DNA from: Gemmatimonadota bacterium
GTDB taxonomy: Bacteria > Gemmatimonadota > Gemmatimonadetes > Gemmatimonadales > Gemmatimonadaceae
Direction of reading: 5' to 3'
DNA length: 41,255 nt
Assembly (NCBI GenBank): GCA_040389905.1
Contig: JAZJZK010000031.1
Span: forward strand, 1 to 41,255
Position numbers and translations under genes: made by a program
Part shown: positions 16,104 through 26,624 of the stretch, one piece after another
How positions within the stretch are numbered: position 1 is the stretch's first letter
Layout of the letters: the number at the start of each line of letters is the position of its first letter
The notes under the pieces: generated by a model
The model's input: only the letters and a program-made list of their open reading frames with translations
What the model was told of the DNA's origin: nothing
The model's database searches: none

Positions 16104-18023
16104 TCACACGGGCGTGAGACTCGTCTCGCGCAGCGGCGATCTGCGCCGCAGGCGCGCGTTCACCTCACGCTGGCCCTCGGCGAGACGCCGCATGTCGTGT
16201 CCCGCCGCTGATGCAGCATCGAGGAGCGTCGTGAGCGAGGACAGGTCCGTCGAACCCGCGTGCAACCGCAGCAGGTCGAGACGTATGCTCTCGAGCGATG
16301 ATACCGTCGAGCTTAGTGCGCGGCGCGCTTCGGAGCGTGCCTCACCCAACGCGTCACGCGTGGCCTCGGCACCACCAACAGCCTCTTGCACAGCAAGCTC
16401 ATCGAGCCTCGCGCGCGCTGTCGCAGCGCGCGCCTCGAGCTTCTCCACGATTGAGGGTAGTTCGGGAAGCCGTTCCCGGAAGCTCGCTGGCAGGGCGTCA
16501 AACAGCTCGCCCGCGGCAACGCCGAGCACGACCTCCGTTGGCCGGAACGCTGCCTCGCTGACCATCGTCGACTTCTCCGGAGCCCCAAGTCGCTTCGCGA
16601 TCCATTCGCCGAGCTTCGACGTCCAAAGCCGATCGCGCATGCTTCGCCTTCCGCGTCGCAATGAGGCCGGCAGCAGGGGCACATTGTTGATGTCGCACGC
16701 GCCGATCAGGACGAACGTGCCGATCAGCGACGCGATTTGCACGGTCGGCCAGAACCGGACGCCTCCCATCATCATCGAGCCGAGTGCAGGAATCATCGAC
16801 ACATACGTGGCCAAACGCAGGAAGTGCCGCGGCAACGTAAGGGGCTTGTCCGCGTCGACCGCGAGAGCGTCGGCGCGATCATCTTCGTCGCGCGCGATCG
16901 CGGTGCGAAGATCGGCAAGTGAAAAGCCGGCGTTGAACAACCGGCGTCCACGCAGGATATGAACGCCCACCGTCATCAATGCCGGGGGTAGGCTCACCGC
17001 GAGAGGAAATGCCCACAAGTTTCCGAGCTTTCCCAGCGAGGCACCGAGGAGCATGGCCAAGACAAGACGCAGAATCGAAACGCCAGCCATCAAGCCCAGT
17101 CCAATGAACAGTCGATACGCGGGATTCCGCGCGCGCAACCACGCTCGCAATGCGTCCGGCAGCGGTGGCTCGACGTCGCGCCGGCGCTCCAGGGCGGTGG
17201 CGAGTGCGCGCCCATTCGTGAATCGGTCGTCACGGTTCACTGACAGGCACCGATCGATCGCGGATCCGAGTTCCGCAGGCACTCCCGGCGCTACCGCCGC
17301 TAAGCGGCTGGGTGTCTCGGTCGCCTGCCGCACCATCAGCGCAGGAAGATTCGGCGCGTCGAACGGCAGGCGTCCGCTCACGGCGACGTAGCCGACCACG
17401 CCGAGCGCATAGAGGTCGCTGCGACCGTCGATTTCCTGATTCGCCGCCTGTTCCGGGCTCATGAAATGGGCGGTGCCCATGACGCGTCCCGGGTCACTCG
17501 GCGTCGTCTCCATCACGGCGCTCGAGCGTGCGATTCCGAAATCCGTCACCAGCGCGCGACCGGTGCCCGCTTCGAGCAAGATGTTATCGGGCTTGATATC
17601 CCGGTGAATGATCCCGCGCTCATGCGCGTAGTCGAGCGCCCACGCCACTTCGCGCATGATGCGCATCGATTCCGCTGGCGCGAGCGGTCCATCGGCACGA
17701 AGCTGCTCGCCGAGCGTCCGGCCTGGCACGTAGGCCATGACGAAGAACACAAATCCGCCAGCTACTCCGACCCGATGAATCGGAACGATGTTCGGATGCG
17801 ACAGCCCGGCGGCCGTTCGCGCCTCGCGGATGAAGCGCTCGCGAAGACTCGGCTGCTCCGCAAAGTGTGATGGCAGCACCTTGATCGCGACATCCCGGTC
17901 GAGCTGCACATCCCGGGCGAGGTATACAACCCCCATGCCGCCGCGGCCCAGCTCGCGCTGAAGGGAGTATTCACCGGCGAGCGCGATCTGGAGGGCGATG
18001 AAGTCGGGCGGGATGAGGCTCAT
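16104..18023 (-). CDS. Hanks-type Ser/Thr protein kinase with multi-TM C-terminal region
   Basis: GRGGMGVV, VAIK, HRDIKPDN, DFG, MSPEQ; start reassigned to ATG 18023 by comparison with the upstream paralog. Confidence 0.93.
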   Translation of the reverse strand: MSLIPPDFIALQIALAGEYSLQRELGRGGMGVVYLARDVQLDRDVAIKVLPSHFAEQPSLRERFIREARTAAGLSHPNIVPIHRVGVAGGFVFFVMAYVPGRTLGEQLRADGPLAPAESMRIMREVAWALDYAHERGIIHRDIKPDNILLEAGTGRALVTDFGIARSSAVMETTPSDPGRVMGTAHFMSPEQAANQEIDGRSDLYALGVVGYVAVSGRLPFDAPNLPALMVRQATETPSRLAAVAPGVPAELGSAIDRCLSVNRDDRFTNGRALATALERRRDVEPPLPDALRAWLRARNPAYRLFIGLGLMAGVSILRLVLAMLLGASLGKLGNLWAFPLAVSLPPALMTVGVHILRGRRLFNAGFSLADLRTAIARDEDDRADALAVDADKPLTLPRHFLRLATYVSMIPALGSMMMGGVRFWPTVQIASLIGTFVLIGACDINNVPLLPASLRRGRRSMRDRLWTSKLGEWIAKRLGAPEKSTMVSEAAFRPTEVVLGVAAGELFDALPASFRERLPELPSIVEKLEARAATARARLDELAVQEAVGGAEATRDALGEARSEARRALSSTVSSLESIRLDLLRLHAGSTDLSSLTTLLDAASAAGHDMRRLAEGQREVNARLRRRSPLRETSLTPV

Positions 18024-18090
18024 GGGACTCCCAACGGGAGAGGACTCGGAATATGGGTTTTGACGCCTCCCGGCCCTACGGCGATTCGTG

Positions 18091-18188
18091 TCCGGTCGTT
18101 TCCAGCGCATCCGGTCAATCCGTTCCTCAAGCTGTTGATGCTATTAAGGAGCGGATTGATCGGATGCCACGGAAACAACCTGATCAAG
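18091..18188. repeat. Palindromic repeat, family B (arms back to back)
   Basis: TTAAGGAGCGGATTGATCGGATGCCACGGAAACAACCTGATCAAG plus an inverted copy; similar to 33267 and 38152. Confidence 0.75.
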
Positions 18189-18196
18189 CACCTGCC

Positions 18197-18580
18197 CCAC
18201 GCCACTTCACGCAACATCCGCGCAGCCTCGGCGGCACCCAGCGGGCCCTGTTCACGGAGCCGCTCCCCGAGGGTTTTCCCAGCGACGTAGCTCATCACAA
18301 AAAAGACGAACCCCGCCGCCTCCCCAACCCGGTGAATCGGTACGATGTTCGGATGTGAAAGGCCGGCGGCAGTGCGCGCCTCGCGCAGGAATCGCTCGCG
18401 CGATTCCGGTTGTTCGGCGAGGTGCGCTGGGAGAACCTTGATGGCAACATGGCGGTCGAGTTGCACGTCTCGCGCGAGGTACACGACACCCATACCACCC
18501 CTGCCGAGCTCGCGCTCGAGGGAATACTCACCAGCGAGCGCGACCTGCAAATCGAGAAATTCGTGAGAAGGTGAGGCCAT
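18197..18580 (-). pseudogene. Truncated Ser/Thr kinase (N-lobe only), paralog of the adjacent kinase
   Basis: Closely similar to the 18023 kinase up to REVAW, then runs into repeat sequence; no HRD or DFG motif. Confidence 0.85.
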
Positions 18581-18636
18581 GCTCTCTCCCCTTCGTGTCT
18601 AATACAATGGTCCTGCTACGAGGCGTGCTGCCGGTA

Positions 18637-18729
18637 TGTCATCCCGAGCGAAGTCGAGGGGTCATCTGCACCTTCAGTCTGGCTTTGAAGTGCAGACCCT
18701 TCGACTCGCTTCGCTCGCTCAGGGTGACA
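18637..18729. repeat. Palindromic REP-like element, family A (full length)
   Basis: TGTCATCCCGAGCGAAGTCGAGGGG...CCCTTCGACTCGCTTCGCTCGCTCAGGGTGACA; related copies near 13058, 21651 and 40343. Confidence 0.85.
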
Positions 18730-18756
18730 ATTTCAGTGCATCACCATCAACGCTAA

Positions 18757-20115
18757 CTACGAATCCTGCGGGGTAGTAACAGAGGGTACAGTGAGCGTCT
18801 CACCCGCAAGTGCATCCGCAACTGGCGTGTCCTCCGAGGACAGCTCGAACGTCCCTTCCCAGCGGGCCATGACCACGGTCGCGAGGCAATTGCCCACGAC
18901 GTTGAGCGACGTGCGAGCCATGTCCATCAGCGCGTCGACGCCGAGAATGACGGCCACCCCTTGAAGGGGAAGATCGAATTGCGACAGCGCACCGGATAGG
19001 ATGACGAGCGAAGCGCGAGGAACCGCGGCGACGCCTTTGCTCGTGAGCATCAGCGTCAGCATCATCAGGATCTGCTTCGACATCGGCATGTCGATTCCCG
19101 CCGCCTGCGCCACGAAAACCGACGCGAGTGCGAGATACAGTGTGCTCCCATCGAGGTTAAAGGAATACCCCGTGGGGAGCACGAACGACACGATTCGCCG
19201 CGGAACACCGAGCCGCTCCATCCGTTGCAGTGCCAGCGGCAGCGCGGCTTCCGAGGACGCCGTCGTGAAAGCGATGAGCCACGGCTCCTTCGTGGCCTTC
19301 CAGAAGCGACGAATGGGCACCTTGAAGATCAGCGCGACCGGCACGAACACCGCGATCACGAAGAAGATGAGCGCGCCGTACAGCGTCAGAACCAGTTGTC
19401 CGAGATTCTGCAGCACGCCGAGTCCGCTCTTGCCCACGGTCACCGCGATGGCCGCACCAATACCAAGCGGCGCGAACTTCATCACGATGCCGACGAACTT
19501 GAACATGACCTCGCTCAGGCTTTCGCAGAATGAAAGCATGAACGTCTTGGCACTCCCCTGCACCTGCGACAGCGCGACCGCGAAGATGATCGCGAAGAAG
19601 ACGATCTGGAGCACCTCGTTCTTTGCCGCGGCCTCGAAGAAGCTCGCCGGCACCATGTGCTCGATCACGCCGGAAAACGTCGTTTTTGTTTTCGCGAACT
19701 CGACGCCGGCTTCCGCGCTGCCGGTGGCGAGGTTCACCCCGACACCCGGCTTGAAGACGTTCACGAAGACAAGACCCACGATCAGCGCAAGCGTCGTGAC
19801 GATCTCGAAATACACGATCGACCGGAAGGCGAGCTTGCCGACGCGCTTCATGTCATCGCCGTGCCCCGCAATGCCAACGACGAGCGTGGCAAAGAGCAAG
19901 GGCACGATGAGCGACTTGATCATCCGCAGGAAGACCGTCGACAGCAGCTGAAGATCCGTCGCCTCGAATCCCTGATGGTCGGGGCGATCGGGAAACAGGT
20001 ACCCGATCGCGATGCCGAGCACCATTGCGACGATGATCCACTGCGTCTGGGTAATGCGTCCCAGGCCAGAGCGCGTCGGCGTCGGCGCCCCCGCGGTTGA
20101 TACGCCAGCTGTCAT
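18757..20115 (-). CDS. Dicarboxylate/amino acid:cation symporter (DAACS, GltP/DctA family)
   Basis: FLRMIK, AFTTASSEAALP, VLPTGYSFNLDGS, MDMARTSLNVVGN. Confidence 0.95.
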   Translation of the reverse strand: MTAGVSTAGAPTPTRSGLGRITQTQWIIVAMVLGIAIGYLFPDRPDHQGFEATDLQLLSTVFLRMIKSLIVPLLFATLVVGIAGHGDDMKRVGKLAFRSIVYFEIVTTLALIVGLVFVNVFKPGVGVNLATGSAEAGVEFAKTKTTFSGVIEHMVPASFFEAAAKNEVLQIVFFAIIFAVALSQVQGSAKTFMLSFCESLSEVMFKFVGIVMKFAPLGIGAAIAVTVGKSGLGVLQNLGQLVLTLYGALIFFVIAVFVPVALIFKVPIRRFWKATKEPWLIAFTTASSEAALPLALQRMERLGVPRRIVSFVLPTGYSFNLDGSTLYLALASVFVAQAAGIDMPMSKQILMMLTLMLTSKGVAAVPRASLVILSGALSQFDLPLQGVAVILGVDALMDMARTSLNVVGNCLATVVMARWEGTFELSSEDTPVADALAGETLTVPSVTTPQDS

Positions 20116-20119
20116 GAGA

Positions 20120-21625
20120 TCAGTTCGGAGAAGAGGCCGCGGTGCTCGCGCGGCGAAGGACCGAGTTGCGATAGCCGTACGCGAGGTACATCACGGTACC
20201 GATGACCAGCCACCACCCGAAACGTTCCCACGCTTGCGGCGGCAGCCCCTTCATCACGAAGATGCACGCCGCGGCGCCGCCGAGGCACACCGGCCATACG
20301 AACGGCACGCGGAAGGGTCGCGGGCGTTCCGGCTCGGTGTAGCGCAGCACCAGAACCCCGACGCACACCAGCGCGAAGGCGAACAGCGTTCCGATGTTGG
20401 TCAGGTCGTACGTCTCACCCGCGTCGCCGACGAGTGACCACACAGCCACGAACACACCGGTGATGATCGTCGTCGCATACGGGACACGCGTCTTCGCATC
20501 CACTCGCCCGGCGAACTTCGGCAGGAGGCCGTCGCGCGCCATCGCGTAGAAGATGCGCGGCTGGCCGTATTGGAAAACGAGCAGCACGGCCGTCATGGAA
20601 AAGACCGCGCCCAGCGACACCAGCCACGCCGCGCTCTGCATCCCGGTGGCCTGAAGTGCGTAGGCCAGCGGATCCGCGTGGAGACTCGGGTCGAGCTGCT
20701 TATAGCTCACCATGCCGGTCAGTACGAAGCCGACAACCACATAGATCAGCGTGCAGATCGCGAGGCCGCCCAGGATTCCAATAGGAAGATTCCGCTGCGG
20801 ATTCTTCGTTTCCTCCGCGGCTGTCGAGATCGCATCGAATCCGATGTAGGCGAAGAACACGATTGCCGCACCGTTATGGATTCCGGTGAACCCGCCCGGC
20901 GCGAACGGCGTGTAGTTGGCCGTGTTGATCTTGGTCAACCCTGCGGCGATGAACAGGCCAAGCGCGAGCAGCTTCACAACGACCATGATGTTGTTGGCTC
21001 GCGCGCTCTCCTTGGCGCCACGGAGCAGCACCCAGGTAACCGCCATGACGATCGCGGCGGCCGGCACATTGAGCAGTATCGGAATGCCGCCAATGTTCGG
21101 CGCGGTCGTGAGCAGGCCGTGCACGGTTGGGTCTGCGCTGAGGAGCGCCGTGCGGTACCCGGTCGTGAGCCACACCGGCAAGTGTATCAGGCCGCCGGTG
21201 AGCGTCTTGAAGTAGTCGCCCCACGAGATGGCCACCGCAACGTTGCCGACGGCGTATTCGAGGATGAGGTCCCACCCGATGATCCACGCGACGATCTCAC
21301 CCAGGGTGGCATAGGTGTATGCGTACGCACTCCCGGCCTGCGGAATCATCGACGCGAGCTCGGCGTAACACAGTGCCGCGAGCGCGCACACGCCGCCGAG
21401 GAGCAGGAACGAGAACACCAGGGCGGGTCCCGCTGGTTGCCTGATCACGTGACCGGCCGCATCGATCTGGCCGGCGGCGGCGGTTCCAATGGCGCCGAAG
21501 ATGCCGGCGCCGATGACAGCGCCGATCGCCAGCATGATCAGATCACCTGCACCCAGTACTCGTTTCAGGCCGTCGGGATCGTCCTCAATCACCGCGATCG
21601 GCTTTCGTGCGAACAGGGAATTCAT
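20120..21625 (-). CDS. APC-family amino acid permease
   Basis: IGAVIGAGIF, CYAELASMIPQAGSAY, FFAYIGFDAIST.AEE.KNPQR. Confidence 0.95.
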   Translation of the reverse strand: MNSLFARKPIAVIEDDPDGLKRVLGAGDLIMLAIGAVIGAGIFGAIGTAAAGQIDAAGHVIRQPAGPALVFSFLLLGGVCALAALCYAELASMIPQAGSAYAYTYATLGEIVAWIIGWDLILEYAVGNVAVAISWGDYFKTLTGGLIHLPVWLTTGYRTALLSADPTVHGLLTTAPNIGGIPILLNVPAAAIVMAVTWVLLRGAKESARANNIMVVVKLLALGLFIAAGLTKINTANYTPFAPGGFTGIHNGAAIVFFAYIGFDAISTAAEETKNPQRNLPIGILGGLAICTLIYVVVGFVLTGMVSYKQLDPSLHADPLAYALQATGMQSAAWLVSLGAVFSMTAVLLVFQYGQPRIFYAMARDGLLPKFAGRVDAKTRVPYATTIITGVFVAVWSLVGDAGETYDLTNIGTLFAFALVCVGVLVLRYTEPERPRPFRVPFVWPVCLGGAAACIFVMKGLPPQAWERFGWWLVIGTVMYLAYGYRNSVLRRASTAASSPN

Positions 21626-21650
21626 CTTTGTGTTGGGTCTCCTGCGGGAA

Positions 21651-21704
21651 GGACCTGCGTTCGCCCGTGAGCGAAGCAGGTCCCTCGCTTCGCTCAGGAC
21701 GACA
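21651..21704. repeat. Family A-related palindromic repeat
   Basis: GGACCTGC...GCAGGTCC hairpin followed by CTCGCTTCGCTCAGGACGACA. Confidence 0.65.
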
Positions 21705-21713
21705 AAGAGAACC

Positions 21714-23900
21714 TCAGATGAAGAGCGGCGCCAGCACGAGTGTAATGGTGCTGAGCAACTTCACGAGCACGTGCAGCGACGGACCAGCCGTGTCCTTGAA
21801 CGGATCGCCAACCGTATCACCAACCACGGCCGCCTTGTGTGCTTCGGAGCGCTTCCCACCGTACGCGCCCGTCTCGATGTACTTCTTCGCATTGTCCCAC
21901 GCGCCGCCGCCGTTGTTCAGGAAGCCCGCCATGAGAATGCCGGTAATCGTGCCGACCATCAGGAGCGCGGCGACAGACTCCGCGCCCATGAACTCACCCG
22001 GGCCGCCGAAGCGCTTGAACGTGACACCAACGACGATCGGGAAAAGCACCACCAGTGCGCCCGGCAGGACCATCGCCTTGAGGGCGCCAACCGTCACGAT
22101 GTCGACGCACGCCGCGTAGTCGGGATCCTCCGTGCCCTGCATGATGCCCGGGCGTTCCTTGAACTGGCGACGCACTTCGGTGATGACCGAGGACGCCGCC
22201 TTGCGCACCGCCGTCATGGCCAACGACGAGAACCAGAACACGAGCATGGCGCCAAGCAAGCCCGCCACGAAGACCACCGGCTTGGAGAGATCCACGTGCA
22301 GCGTCTGCCCCGTGAGGTTGCGAACTTCGTCGAGGTACGCAGAGAACAGCAGGAAGGCCGCGAGTGCCGCCGAGCCGATCGCATAGCCCTTCGTCAACGC
22401 CTTGGTCGTGTTCCCGACGGAATCGAGACGATCCGTCTTGTCGCGCACCGACTCCGGCTGGCGCGACATTTCGACGATGCCGCCGGCGTTGTCCGTGATC
22501 GGTCCGAACACGTCCATCGCCAGGATGTATCCGGCGGTTCCCAGCATGCCCATCGTCGCAACGGCCGTCCCGAACAATCCGCCGATCGCCGCGCCTGTCG
22601 CGTCTACCAAGCCGCTCGTCTGGCCGATGGAATAGCTCGCAATGATCGCGATACCGATCGTGATGACGGGCAGTACGGTTGACTCCATGCCGACTGCGAG
22701 ACCCGCGATGATGTTCGTGGCTGGGCCCGTCTGGCTCGCCTCGGCGATGCTCAGCACCGGGCGATAGCGATATTCGGTGTAATACTGCGTGATGAACACG
22801 AACGCCACTGCGGTCAGGATGCCGATCACGCCGCAGATGAAGTAGTGCCACCAGGCGTTCGGAGCGTCGGGCACCTGAAGGAGCCACTTGCTGACGAAGA
22901 AGAACATCACCGTGACCAGCGCCGACGTCACGTAGTAGCCGAAGTTCAGCGCCTTCATCGGATCGGCATCTTCCTTGGTCTTCACGACCATCACGCCGAC
23001 GATGGAGCAGATCAACCCGAGCGCCATGATGACGAGCGGGAAGAGAATGCCGTTGATCCCGAACGACTTGTAGAGCAACACGCCGAGAATCATCGCGCCG
23101 ATGTTCTCGGCGGCGGTGCTCTCGAAGAGATCGGCGCCGCGGCCGGCGCAATCGCCGACGTTGTCGCCCACGAGATCGGCAATGACGGCCGGGTTGCGTG
23201 GATCATCCTCTGGGATGCCCGCCTCGACCTTTCCAACGAGGTCCGCGCCGACGTCAGCGGCCTTCGTATAGATGCCGCCGCCAAGCTGGGCGAAGAGCGC
23301 CACGAACGACGCGCCGAAGCCGTACCCGACAATCAGGAAGGGCACGTGCTTGGACCACTCCGCGCCGTCCATCCCAGCAGGCGTCATCGCTGAAACAGCG
23401 GCGAACAATCCGCCAACCCCGAGCAAGCTCATAGCGACGGTGAACAGGCCGGAGACGGCCCCACCGCGAAGCGCCGTCTGTAGCGCGTCGTTGAGCGAGT
23501 TCATGGCGGCAGCCGCGACGCGAATGTTGGTGCGAATGGAAACCCACATGCCGACGTAACCCGCAACCCCGGAGCTGATAGCGCCGAGGAGGAAGGATGC
23601 GGTGACGTACATCGCGAAGGTCTTCGCGTCCTGAACGGGGTCGTTAGCCGTGACGTGCCGGAAAAAGCCATATCCGATGCCCAGCATTGCCGCGACGACA
23701 ATCGACAACACGCCGATGGTCTTGTACTGACGGGCGAGGTAGGCCTCGGCCCCTTGCTGAATCGCATTGGAGATCTTCTGCATCTCCGGCGTACCGCGAC
23801 TGCGCGCGAGGACCCAGCGAGCGAGGAAAATGGCAAAAAGGAGCGCAAATGCGCTCGCGCCGATGACGACGAATAACAGCGTGGACTGCGTAGGCGTCAT
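21714..23900 (-). CDS. hppA: Membrane-bound H+-translocating pyrophosphatase, predicted K+-independent
   Basis: GGGIYTKAADVGADLVGKVE, DNVGD, GNTTKA (Lys variant), DTVGDPFKDT. Confidence 0.97.
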   Translation of the reverse strand: MTPTQSTLLFVVIGASAFALLFAIFLARWVLARSRGTPEMQKISNAIQQGAEAYLARQYKTIGVLSIVVAAMLGIGYGFFRHVTANDPVQDAKTFAMYVTASFLLGAISSGVAGYVGMWVSIRTNIRVAAAAMNSLNDALQTALRGGAVSGLFTVAMSLLGVGGLFAAVSAMTPAGMDGAEWSKHVPFLIVGYGFGASFVALFAQLGGGIYTKAADVGADLVGKVEAGIPEDDPRNPAVIADLVGDNVGDCAGRGADLFESTAAENIGAMILGVLLYKSFGINGILFPLVIMALGLICSIVGVMVVKTKEDADPMKALNFGYYVTSALVTVMFFFVSKWLLQVPDAPNAWWHYFICGVIGILTAVAFVFITQYYTEYRYRPVLSIAEASQTGPATNIIAGLAVGMESTVLPVITIGIAIIASYSIGQTSGLVDATGAAIGGLFGTAVATMGMLGTAGYILAMDVFGPITDNAGGIVEMSRQPESVRDKTDRLDSVGNTTKALTKGYAIGSAALAAFLLFSAYLDEVRNLTGQTLHVDLSKPVVFVAGLLGAMLVFWFSSLAMTAVRKAASSVITEVRRQFKERPGIMQGTEDPDYAACVDIVTVGALKAMVLPGALVVLFPIVVGVTFKRFGGPGEFMGAESVAALLMVGTITGILMAGFLNNGGGAWDNAKKYIETGAYGGKRSEAHKAAVVGDTVGDPFKDTAGPSLHVLVKLLSTITLVLAPLFI

Positions 23901-24022
23901 GTTGCGTGAAAGGTGGCTGCCAGATACGAAAAAAAATCCTGAAGGTCGTCGTTGGCTTCCACCAGCGGCGCATCAGGGGTAATCCCAAAATGTAGGGAGG
24001 GGCAACGAGTGCCGCTAGAGCG

Positions 24023-24844
24023 TCAGAACTCGTATCCGACTTGAGCTTTCATGCGCACCGGAATTCCGTCGGGTCCTGTGCCAGGGCGGAAGCGCATGGA
24101 CTTGAGCACGCTCGCAATTCGGCGATTGTAGTCGCCGTTGGGCGTATCGGTGAATCCCACTTTGAGCACCTTTCCGGTGGAATCCACGTCGAATTCCGCG
24201 ATGAAATGGAAGCCCCGGACGTTGGAGGGCGGTGGCAACGGCGGAAGGAAGAACTCGATGGGCTGTGGCGGATAGTTCTTCTGGGTTCCGCCACCCGTGC
24301 CAGGCCCGACGCCGCTCCCGCGTCCGGTGCCCTCGCCGGCCCCGACGCCGCCGCCACTTCCTGGGCCAGCTCCGGACGTACCATCACGCCCACTGCCCGG
24401 ACCGCTGATCGACGACATTGTCTGAACTGGCGCGGGAACGGCAGCCTGTTCCTTGATCTGTGGAACAGGGGGAAGGACCAGTGGCGGCTGTACGGGCACT
24501 ACCGGCGGCGTCACAACGGGAGGCAGCGTCTTCGGCGTCGCAACAGGAGTCGGGGCAACCTTGACGAACCGCAGCGTTTCCTTGTAGCCACCATCGTTGC
24601 CGAGCCTGCCGCCACCGCCACCACCGGCTGGCCCTGCTCCGCCTGCTCCTTGCTCGATCCTCTCGATGATCGTCTTACGAAAGACGATGGGTGCGAGGAG
24701 CAGGAAGATGATGACGGCGTGGATGAGGATGGAAACGACAGCACCCTGACGCCGCCCTTCTCCACGCAACGGCATGCCGACGGGCACCCTGTACGCGGGC
24801 TTCCGGGGCGGATCGTGCGTCTGTGCGTCTTCCGGAGGGGTCAT
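24023..24844 (-). CDS. TonB-like membrane-anchored Pro/Gly-rich protein
   Basis: N-terminal TM segment with SILIH, Pro- and Gly-rich linker, C-terminal FDVDSTGKV...MRFRPG; ATG 24844. Confidence 0.75.
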   Translation of the reverse strand: MTPPEDAQTHDPPRKPAYRVPVGMPLRGEGRRQGAVVSILIHAVIIFLLLAPIVFRKTIIERIEQGAGGAGPAGGGGGGRLGNDGGYKETLRFVKVAPTPVATPKTLPPVVTPPVVPVQPPLVLPPVPQIKEQAAVPAPVQTMSSISGPGSGRDGTSGAGPGSGGGVGAGEGTGRGSGVGPGTGGGTQKNYPPQPIEFFLPPLPPPSNVRGFHFIAEFDVDSTGKVLKVGFTDTPNGDYNRRIASVLKSMRFRPGTGPDGIPVRMKAQVGYEF

Positions 24845-24928
24845 AGTATACAAAGTTATACGGCGGACGCCCCCGAAAAGGTTCGTCCGCCGTATGGTAC
24901 CCACCGCCGAGCTGGACGTTTCGTCCGC

Positions 24929-25354
24929 TTACTTTCCTGCGCCCGGCGTGTCCTTGGGTGGCACACCGATGACCTTGACGCCTGACCCGCGCGACACGTC
25001 CATTGCGTGCACCACCTGCCCGTAGCTCGCCTTCATTTCGCCCTTCACGAAAATGATCTTTTCCGGGCGACCGTCGTAGATCTCCTTGAGCCGCGACGCG
25101 AGCCGCGTTTCGTCGACCTTCTCGGTGTTGATGGAGTACGTGCCGTCCTGAAGCACTTCGAGCACGATTTGATTCGACTGCGCGCCAGGCGGTGCGAGCG
25201 CGGGTGTCGGATCGGGGAGCTGCACGTCGACCGTCTTTCTCATGGTCGGGATCGCCGCCATGAAGATGATGAGGAGCACGAGCAGCACGTCGATCATGGG
25301 CGTGACGTTGATGTCGTTCGTCAGCCCGCCGGAGCCACCTGATGTAAATGCCAT
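24929..25354 (-). CDS. exbD: Biopolymer transporter ExbD/TolR
   Basis: DINVTPMIDVLLVLLIIFM. Confidence 0.95.
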   Translation of the reverse strand: MAFTSGGSGGLTNDINVTPMIDVLLVLLIIFMAAIPTMRKTVDVQLPDPTPALAPPGAQSNQIVLEVLQDGTYSINTEKVDETRLASRLKEIYDGRPEKIIFVKGEMKASYGQVVHAMDVSRGSGVKVIGVPPKDTPGAGK

Positions 25355-25839
25355 TAGGGTGTCCCCGGAGTTGCGGGTGGAGAAGCCTTACTGTCACCGG
25401 CGACCGTCGAGACCGTGCCATTCTTCTGGTCGCTGATGAGGCCAAGGACTCGCACGCCGTTCTTCGCCGCCATATCGGTGGCGTCGACGACCTTTGAATA
25501 TTCGAGGTCCTTGTCGGCCTTGAGATACATCACCTTGTCGGCAACGCGCTTGTCGTAGATCTCCTTGATGCGCGCCTCGATTTCCGTCTTCTTGATCGGC
25601 TGCTTGTTCAGGTAGTAGTCACCGGCCTTGTCGATACCGAGCACTTGATCGGTCTCGGCATCTTCCGGATGATCCTTCAGGTTCTGCCCCTGGGGCGGAA
25701 CCGCCTGAAAACCAGCGAGCAGTGCGGGTGTCACCACCATGAAGATGATGAGCAGCACGAGCATGACGTCGATCATGGGTGTCACGTTCGGCTCTGCCTT
25801 TACCCCCCCAGCACCACCGCCACCTGCAGACATGGCCAT
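25354..25839 (-). CDS. exbD: Biopolymer transporter ExbD/TolR
   Basis: EPNVTPMIDVMLVLLIIFMV; LKADKDLEY. Confidence 0.95.
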   Translation of the reverse strand: MAMSAGGGGAGGVKAEPNVTPMIDVMLVLLIIFMVVTPALLAGFQAVPPQGQNLKDHPEDAETDQVLGIDKAGDYYLNKQPIKKTEIEARIKEIYDKRVADKVMYLKADKDLEYSKVVDATDMAAKNGVRVLGLISDQKNGTVSTVAGDSKASPPATPGTP

Positions 25840-25871
25840 TGTTCACTCCCTCCTCAATGGAATGTCGCTGA

Positions 25872-26606
25872 TCAGGTGATCGGGGCGTTGCTGCCAGACG
25901 AAGCGTTGAACTCACGCGTGAAGCGCGACCGGCCGAACTCACCCGAGACACCCTTGATGAGGTAGTCGATCATTTCCTTCGAGACGTACGTCATCTCAAC
26001 CGTGAGGTTGTCGATCTTCGTCTGGAAGTAGTTGTACGCCCACACCGCCGGAATGGCGACGAGGAGGCCGAGTGCCGTCGTGGCCAGAGCCTCGGAGATA
26101 CCACCGCCGATTGCCGCCAGACCGCCCGAGCCGGAGCTCGCCATGCCGGCGAAGGCGTTGATGATACCGACCGTGGTGCCGAGCAGTCCGACGAACGGCG
26201 CCGTGGCGCCCACCGTGGCCAGCACCGCGAGGCCGCGCTTCAGGTTCGTGATCTCGAGGAGCATGTTGCGCTCGACCGCGCGCTCTGCCGAGTTGATATC
26301 CGACACCGTGACCGAGCCATCCTGGATGAGCGGCTTCACTTCGCTGAGCGCGCCACCGAGCACGAGTGCGACATGTGACTTCTTGTAGCTCTCGGCCAGC
26401 TTGATCGCTTCGGTGAGGTTGTCTTCCTCGAGGAACTGCGAGAACTCAGGCGCGAACTTGATCGTTTCCTTCTGTGCTTTCCGAAGACTCCACCACTTGG
26501 CGACCATGACCGTGAGCGAGTACACAGACATGATGATCATGACGAGAACGATGCCTTTGGCAAAGTTCCCCATTGCACCCCACATTTCCTGCAGTGAGAG
26601 ATCCAT
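25872..26606 (-). CDS. exbB: MotA/TolQ/ExbB proton channel
   Basis: LATVGATAPFVGLLGTTVGI, GISEALATTALGLLVAIPA. Confidence 0.95.
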   Translation of the reverse strand: MDLSLQEMWGAMGNFAKGIVLVMIIMSVYSLTVMVAKWWSLRKAQKETIKFAPEFSQFLEEDNLTEAIKLAESYKKSHVALVLGGALSEVKPLIQDGSVTVSDINSAERAVERNMLLEITNLKRGLAVLATVGATAPFVGLLGTTVGIINAFAGMASSGSGGLAAIGGGISEALATTALGLLVAIPAVWAYNYFQTKIDNLTVEMTYVSKEMIDYLIKGVSGEFGRSRFTREFNASSGSNAPIT

Positions 26607-26624
26607 TCTGTTTCTCCGACGAAG

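Noticed and set aside
24290..24420. Gly-rich low-complexity repeat
   Set aside because: Ordinary linker of a TonB-like protein.
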